Shown one piece after another: positions 38,511-47,700 of a stretch of DNA of 48,524 nt (its first letter is position 1; every line of letters begins with the position of its first letter). The notes under the pieces are model-generated. The model made no database searches. It was not told the DNA's origin and was given only the letters and a program-made list of their open reading frames with translations. The stretch spans positions 25,343,730-25,392,253 of the forward strand of contig NC_068993.1 of the NCBI RefSeq assembly GCF_001194135.2, given 5' to 3'. Source of the DNA: Octopus bimaculoides. Lineage: Eukaryota. The position numbers were made by a program, and so were the translations under genes.

Positions 38511-41500
38511 ACAAAATAGGAAAAAAATTTTGGGTATTTATTTTCCATTTTCCTCTTTTCTTTCTTTAATTCTCAGTTTTAATATGTATTTTGATTAACA
38601 TACAACAATAACTATGGATATGTATTGAATGTAATAATGGAATAAGCAAATGTGTTTAGAGGAAAGAGGTGCAATTTACCCTAACAAACTATATATATGT
38701 ATATATATATATATGTATATGNNNNNNNNNNNNNNNNNNNNNNNNNNNNNNNNNNNNNNNNNNNNNNNNNNNNNNNNNNNNNNNNNNNNNNNNNNNNNNN
38801 NNNNNNNNNNNNNNNNNNNNNNNNNNNNNNNNNNNNNNNNNNNNNNNNNNNNNNNNNNNNNNNNNNNNNNNNNNNNNNNNNNNNNNNNNNNNNNNNNNNN
38901 NNNNNNNNNNNNNNNNNNNNNNNNNNNNNNNNNNNNNNNNNNNNNNNNNNNNNNNNNNNNNNNNNNNNNNTCTAAATTGCGCAAATATGAAAATAACACT
39001 GACATCACATTTTAACAGATATATTTACCAATATTACATAAAAATATCTTGGAATTTGTTCAATAAAATTGCCATTGGCTTCAACCATGGCCTCCACATA
39101 ACTTCAGAACCTCGTGCGACTCTTCTGGATGGTCTCCTTTATTTAAGTTGGTGAATGCTGCCATAATCTTTGCCTTCAGTTCATATTTGGTGTTACAAGT
39201 AGTTTTGTTGGTCTCTCGCTCAACTGAGCCCCACACTTAATAATCAAGGGGGTTGCAGTCTGGGGAGTTAGGTGGCCAAATGTTAGGAGTGATGTGGTTG
39301 CAGAAATTGTCTGATAGGCAGGACTGGGTTCTCCTGCCTGTGTGGCATGGTGCAGAGTCCTGTTGCCAGACATAGGATCTTCCAGCAGCCACCCTCTTGA
39401 CCCAGGGCAGCACTACCTCCTCCTGGCACTTGATGTAGGCCTCTGCATTGAGTCTGAGACAGTGTGGGAAGATGAATGGAAGCATAACATCACCATTACT
39501 AGTGATCACTCCAAACGCCATGATGTTGACTGGATGTTTGATTTCTATCACACTTGCTACAAGTTTTAGGGACTGAGATTGACATCCAACACTTTGAAAT
39601 GTTTGTATTGGAGCTTCTGGCATGAATGCCAAGCAGCACAGCATGTCATTTCCAAATTTCTGGTAGAGTGAATTGTGTCATGGGACTGTTTTTCTCACAG
39701 ACAATGCCCAACTGACCCTACTATACTGTGTAGTCGACAAATTCAAAAACAAACAATGAGCATTTGTGAAATTAAAAATATAAAAATGGCGACAATTTAC
39801 CTATCGCACCTGTATATATGATATATATATATACACACATGAATGAGTAGACAAATGAAAGCAGGGTATATATATATATCATTGGCTTCATGTTAAGAAA
39901 AGTATCTTATATTGTCATCATCATCATCATTGTATAATGTCTGCCTTCTATGGTGGCACGGGTTGAACAGTTTGATAGGAGCTGGCTGGGCAGAAGACTA
40001 CACCAGGCTTCCGCATCTGTTTTGGCATGGCTTTTACAGATGGATGCCTTTCCTAACACCCACCAACCCGCAGAGTGGACTGGATACTTTTTACACGGCA
40101 CCAGCACCATGAGGGTCACCAAGTAATTTGCAAGACAAGAAATCTTTGAGAGGGGAGGGGACATTGGAGGAGTTGATTGCGTCTCAAATGAAGAAAGGTT
40201 AGTATGTGACAGAGAGGCAGAAACAGGAAACTTACTATAGAAGAGGTACATAGTTATCCAGACAGAGAGAGAGAGGGGGGAAGAGAGAGTGATGAGAAGA
40301 GAGAGAGGAAAAGAGAGAGAGGAGGTAAGAGAGAGAGAGACTGACAGAGAGAAGGAGAGAGAGCTAACAAGAAAGAGGACAGAAACAGGTGCAAAGGAGA
40401 TACTTGGTTACCTAACCAGAAGATGAGTCTTCTCTAGAAACTCATGTTGCCAGACATCTCAGTCCATTGTCATTTCCTCCTTGAGCCCCAACATCCTGAG
40501 GCTGGTCCTCACCACTTCATCCCATGTCTTCCTGGATCTCCCTCTTCCACGGGTACCATCCATTTTCAGTGACCAGCACTTCTTTATACAGCTGTCTTTG
40601 TTCATACACATCACATGTCCAAACCAATGTAGTCTTCTCTCTTGCATGCTGCATTTGATTCCTCTTATGCCCAACTTTTATCTCAACACATTTGTGCTTT
40701 GTTATTCATGCACACAAATGCTGCACATCCAAAGGAGCCTACTGCATTCATTCCTCTCTAGTCTACATATTTCCTCTGCATTCAGAGCCCATGTCTTACT
40801 ACTATGGAGTATAGCCATTGATACACAAGCATCATACAATCTACATTTTGCACTGAGAGAGAATCCTTTTGTTGTCAACAGAAGTAGTAACCCTCTGAAC
40901 TTCCACCATCCTGTTCTTATTCTAGAAACAATACTTTCAGAGCATCCACCACCATTGCTAATTTGATAACTTGAGTAACAGAAACTATCTACAACTGCAA
41001 GAGAGCCTCCTCTGTATTTAAGAGAGGCTAAGTCCTGTGTGCCCTTAGTGCTTATTGTTCCTGCACATCTGCCACATATGAAGCAACCTTATCTGTTAAT
41101 CTACCTGTGATTCTACTGCATCTCTTGTTTGTCCATAGTTTACACTGGGTGCAGCAAATGGAATTACTTCCCACTCCCTTCCTACATATTGAGCAGGGCC
41201 ATTTATCTGATGGAAAAATAGTCTTATCTGTTTTCTTGCTAACTATAACTTTGGTCTTTGCTAGGTTAAGCTTAAAGCCCTTTGATTCTAGATTTTGCTT
41301 CCATACCTGGAATTTCTTCTCTTATTCTGCTTCAGATGCTGCAATAAGAGCAAGGTCATCAGTGTATAGTAGTTCCCACGGGTATCCCATTTTCAATTCC
41401 TCTGTTATGGCCTGAAGAACTATGATGAATAAGAGTGGACTAAGAACTGAGCCCTGGTAAACCCGTAATTGTATGCTAAATTCATCAATGTATTCATAGC

Positions 41501-41773
41501 CAACTTTCACCTTACTGACAGTACTACTGTACATGGCTTGTATGGCTCTAACAAGCCATACTCCTAGCTTCCTTATAGACCACCAGATAACAGAGCAAGG
41601 AACTCTGTCAAAAGCTTTCTCCAGGTCAACGAAAGCTAAGTACACTGGTTTACTTTTGGCCAAAAGCTTTTCCTGCAACTGTCTCACTAGGAAGATGGTA
41701 TCTGTGGTACTCCTCCCAGGAAGAAAACCAAACTGCATCTCATCTAGTTTAATTCTATTCCTAATCAATTGAG

Positions 41774-41815
<42 letters not shown>

Positions 41816-44738
41816 NNNNNNNNNNNNNNNNNNNNNNNNNNNNNNNNNNNNNNNNNNNNNNNNNNNNNNNNNNNNNNNNNNNNNNNNNNNNNNNNNNNNN
41901 NNNNNNNNNNNNNNNNNNNNNNNNNNNNNNNNNNNNNNNNNNNNNNNNNNNNNNNNNNNNNNNNNNNNNNNNNNNNNNNNNNNNNNNNNNNNNNNNNNNN
42001 NNNNNNNNNNNNNNNNNNNNNNNNNNNNNNNNNNNNNNNNNNNNNNNNNNNNNNNNNNNNNNNNNNNNNNNNNNNNNNNNNNNNNNNNNNNNNNNNNNNN
42101 NNNNNNNNNNNNNNNNNNNNNNNNNNNNNNNNNNNNNNNNNNNNNNNNNNNNNNNNNNNNNNNNNNNNNNNNNNNNNNNNNNNNNNNNNNNNNNNNNNNN
42201 NNNNNNNNNNNNNNNNNNNNNNATGAAGAACATTTTAGTACCGGTTTCAGTCATTGCGACTTTTTCAACTAAGTAAAGTATGAAAAATAATTAAATTGAG
42301 GAAAAATTAAATGAAACGTTTTTAAAAAATATATACTTCCATAGTGTTCAAATACAAATGACACTTTCCTTTTTTCTGCCTGTCTCTGTCTCTCTTTTTG
42401 TACTCTTGTGGGTTCTAGGTAGTGAGCAGCAGCTAGTTTGATATGAATTCTTGTCTTTGATTGTTTAAACAGCAGCAGTAGTAGAGAAAAAATGGCGGAG
42501 GAGGAGAAGGAGGGGAGAAGAAGAAGAAGAAGAAGAGAACTCGGGAGTGGTGTGACAGTAGCAGGAACTTGATGGAATCCACTTAAATGGTCGAGTGACC
42601 TAAAAGTGACTCGTGGATGATCGTGATTGAAATCGTTCTGAATAAATTCTTGAGGAGACTGTTTTGAATATATCGTTTTTAATATTTGCGTGGGTGTTAT
42701 TCTAAGGCCCTGGTGACTGTGTCATTTGTTGTGGATGCATTCAAAAGGGATTGGTATTTTGTGATAAAGAATGACTCTTTACTAATGCGCTGATTACAGG
42801 TTGCATCGTCCTTGAATTGATAGAGAGGAAAGATTCTAAAGCTTGGTTGCTTGCTATTGGCGGCGCAAATGTTGATGTGTTTGCTGAATGCTATTTTCTG
42901 TTTTCCGGAATTTTGATCTGGGATTTGTGCAGAGCCATCCTTTGATGCAGACTGGTTTTTGTTTGGCCTATGTATTGCTTTTGACACCCAGAGCAGGTTA
43001 ATATGTATATCAAGTTCTCCGAAGCACATGTGAAGTTGCTCTTCACTGCGAAACATTGACCCTGTTTGAAAGAGAACTCTGATCCCTCAATTAGATTGAT
43101 GCATATACCACAGTTAGGCCTTCCGCATTTTTTTACTGACAGCTTTGGTGTTGTTGTTGAGTGTATTCAGGTTTGTGTTAGGAAACTTTTCATAGATTTG
43201 GGCTGTCTCTTGCTTTTTATGATGGTGTGGATTTGGAGAATTAAATTCATTCTGTGGTCCCTTTTTAGTAGGGGAATGTTTTGGAGGATGGTGTCAAAGG
43301 CTTCATTGTTAAGAGGGTTGTGTGTGGAGATGTATAGTAGGGATCTTGGTTGTAAATCCTTCTTTAATTTGGGATGTCAGTGTTCATGGATGTTGAGTTG
43401 TAGGGCACGTTGAAAGCATATGTCAATTAGTGATGGTGGGTAGTTCCTGGTGATGAGTGTATCCTTTAGTTCATGTAGTCGTGTGTCCCTGGTGTATGTA
43501 TTAGAAACTATAGTACAAATCCTTTTTGCTAGATTGAAAGGGGTATTCATTCTAGTGTGTCTGGAGTGGTATGAGTATAAATTACTTATAATTTTTTATT
43601 TTATGCTGACTACCTGATAAAAATCATTAACGTGATTTTATCCTTCTATTCTAGTATATATATATATTATATATAAACAGTCAATAACAAAAGTATTACC
43701 AAAGAGGAGAGCATATTTGTGCTTTAAAGTAAACATATATTTTACATACAACATAGCATAAATCAGAAGTAGTAAATAAACACTCCATGCTTTGATAGGT
43801 GAAGGAGATTGGGTGTCTTCTTTGAGGAATGATCAACAAACTGTGAAATGGTCAGTCATGAAATTCCCATTCCAGTTGTAAAACATTCGCCACAACAAAT
43901 TCCATCTGACCCATGCAAGTATGGGAAAGTGGACATTAAATGATGATGCAGTTGATATAGATACACACACACAAGCACGTGTGTTAACATACCACAGCCC
44001 TGCTGTTAAAAGTGGAACTTATGATAAAACAGAACCAATGATAATTTCTTAAACAGACACAAAACCTTAAAGTAAGTACAGATATTCAAGTAAAAAACAT
44101 TCACAACAACAATAATATGATCTCACAATGTAGGCAGACCAGTATCTTCTCAACTCATTCCATTCTCTTTAAGCAGAATACAAAATTCCACACATCTATT
44201 CCCTTCATCACAACATACCCTGATTTCTTGTCGCTTCAGTTCCAACAACCTAATTTTTTCAAACTTCTTCCGTTCAGCTTCTTCTTTTTCTGCTTGGACT
44301 CTTAAGGTTTCTTCTATTAAAAATGAACAAAAAATAAATAGATCTTATAATGATTCTGCTTGTCATTGCATTACTTAGCTCATTGGTAACACTTTCACAT
44401 GATTAGAGAAAAAGAGGGAGAAAGAAAAGAGGGAGTGAGAAAAAGAGGGAGAGAGAAGTGCCCATGACATGAGGTAGAGGGAATGTAATTGTAATGCTTT
44501 CACATGATTAGTTGAAGGGAAAGAGAGGAGAAAGAAAAAGAGGATAAGGTGAAGAGTGAGACAGAAAGAATGACGATGAGAAAGAAACGGAGAGGGAAAG
44601 ACAGAGCGAGAGAGAAAAAGAGGGAGGGAGAAGCATCCATGACATGAGGTAGGGGAAGGTAAAAATTTTAGCAGAGGGGTGATGTTCTGATGGTGAAGTT
44701 AAAGAAAAGCAGAGAGAGAGAGGAAAGAGAGAGAGAGA

Positions 44739-44782
<44 letters not shown>

Positions 44783-47700
44783 GATGGTGGTGGTTGTGGT
44801 GGTAGTGGTAGTGGTGGTGGTGGTGGTGACTGGATAGTGAAAAGTGTACTTATTTAATTGAACTAAGTTTTTTTAATATCACCTATCACTTAACGCATGC
44901 ACATAAGTGCAATTCCATGAAATATTCACACTTATTTACATGGCAGATATCTGCAATTTAACAAAAGGTTGTATCATATGTACAGAATATTTGTTTTTGT
45001 TCATGGGAAAATAAGAGTGAATATTTATTTTATGAGTGCTGCATATTAAGTCTATAAAGTTGTGCATAAAGTATATAAAGTGTATATTTAAAGTGTATTA
45101 ACTAATCATCATATTCCAATTTCTTTCACTTTCCAATGAGTATCAGATGAGAGACTCTCTTTCCATACAGACACAACACAAGCTATGCTTTCAGGTTTTT
45201 TAGGATAAGTTCACCATTAATTCCATGAAATATTCACGGGTCCTGCTAGTCAATAAATAAGATGTGATAGTGGTGATTGTGGTCATGTGTATGTTGTTTG
45301 GTGATGTCAGAGGTGGTTTGGTGGTTGTTGGTGGTTTTGTCATAGAGGAAGTGATACCTGTTGGTGCTGCTTTGCTTAAGCAGGTCTAAACATGCAGATG
45401 GTTAGCTAAAGTGACAAAGCATAATCCATAGATCTGATTTTCCAGCTATATCATGCTGGTGCTACATTAAAAGCACTGGTACCAGCACCACTTAAAAAGC
45501 ACTCAGTACACTCTGTGGAGTAGCTGACATTAGGAAGGGCATCCAGCCATAGAAATCATGCCAGAAAAGACTATGGAGCCTTGTGCAGCCCCTGGCCTTA
45601 CCAGCTCTGGTCAAACCATCTAACCCATGCCAGCAGGGAAAAGAGACATTAAATGATGATGATCCTTATCTTCATCTTCATCATCATCACCACCACCACC
45701 ATCACCATCACCATCACCATCACCATCATTCTTCTGTGAAGCTATGGAAACTATATAACACTGTCTGAAATGCAACAATGCAATGCAATGTGGATAGTCT
45801 GGACAGATTGCATTTTCTCTTGTGATGACCATGATGGATGTAAGTATGGTGGACTTAGTCAGAGTGCAGTAATTGCCGTTCATCACAGGGCAGTGTTTGG
45901 AGCCAGTGAGCCTATTGGTATTTCTGTTATTTCTGTGTGTGTGTTACCTATTCTTGTCGGGACTGAGTGAAATAGTGCTTGTTTGATGTTATAGTTGCGT
46001 CCTAGGGTTATTCTATGTGTGTCTGGATGTTTGGAAGTGATTTTTTCATTTAATGGTAGGGACTGTGATGGTTGAAAATTACTGTGCAAAAAGCTAAGTC
46101 CTTCACATATTCAAGTGATCTTCCCTTTTTTTTAGTATTTTTGTCTTCTCGTGTAAGTGTACAACCTGTTTTGATGCATAGTACAGCCTTGTGTATTTCA
46201 TGGTTTCGTTGTGGAGATCCCAGACAGTACGAAGTATATTTCAACATAGATTTTATGTACTTCTTGTAAGCTATTGTTTTATTGTTTGTGTTGACCAAAG
46301 GCTGTACCTGTGAGTACTCTAAATAGGTTTCTGCATTCTTTCGCTTCGTTTACTGTCTTCTTTGCATAGTGTAAATGTGTTGTAAGTCATACATGCACCA
46401 ACTGTGTATATATAAGTTATACATGTATTGCAGACTGTAATGGTTTCTTGTGTTTAGTGTTCCCTGGTACTGATTTAAGCCTGTTATTTTGGAACTAGTT
46501 TTCCAAGTGACTGGTGTAAGAGTTGTGCAGATGATTGAGAAGTAGTTGTGCAACTACAGGTGGAAAATAAAGGGGAGGATGAGTGTGATCTCACCTGCAT
46601 ATTAGTAGTGTGTATGTTTCAAGAAAGTGTACAAAGGTTATATATGTATATTGCTTGAAAAGAATGGGTGAGACACTACATCCCTGTGGTACTCCATTAA
46701 CAAAAACAATAAGCTGTTGAAGGGTTGTTCCCATATATTTCATAGGCTTGACAACCTGACAGGTATTTTACTAGTTGATGCTTTGTGTTGTTCCTTTAGG
46801 TGATATAGATATTTTTTTTCATGTTTAAGGTATAGCAAGTAAAGGAGTTGAAAGTTTGCTAATGTCAGTGATAGTTAAAACTACCATCGACATCAGCAAA
46901 CTTTCAACTATATTTGTAATATGCAGTTTTGGTTGTTGGAGCTGTTATGTATTCCTTGTGACAGGTTTATTAGTAGTGTGAAGGTTGAATATTGTAGTCT
47001 GAAACCATGCTTATGGTTTACAGAGGAAGATGTATGCAGTGTTGATGTCAAGATTATCCTTTCTAAATTTTTGATGATACACATACAAGAGTGATGTGTC
47101 TGTGTGATATAACTTTAACTTCATTCCAGAATTTTGTTGGATTTTAGAATTATTATGATTTTGCCCATCTTCTAGATTCTACTACTATTATGGTGTTGAT
47201 GTAAGTAGTCGCAGAAGATGGTGAGTGCTGTGATACTAAGTTGTAATTCTTTTGTGCACTTGTGTTTTGTGTTTGAGACCCTGTGAGACCTTTGACAACA
47301 GGTTGCTGTCCACTCTTATAGAATTAACCCAACCAAGTAAAATCAAGAGCTCCAAGAAGTAAAATGGAAACAATGATGATGGTGATGATGATGATGATGA
47401 TGATAATTAGACACATGACTATTGTGTCTTGCTGAAATCAATTTTTACCATTCATCCCTTTGGGGTTGATAAAAACAAATTATCAGTCAAGAATTGACTT
47501 ATCCTTTCCCTTCAAAATTGCAAGCCTAGAACCCTTCAATGGACAGGCATCCTGTTCAGGGAGAATATTGTGAGCTCAATCACTCATATGCCATGGAAAC
47601 TGGGTAACCAGCATTAATATTCCAAGATCTCAAGGGAAAAAGGAAAAAAAAGGAAAAATAAGGATAACAACTAATTTGAACTTTGAACCTTCTTCATTGG

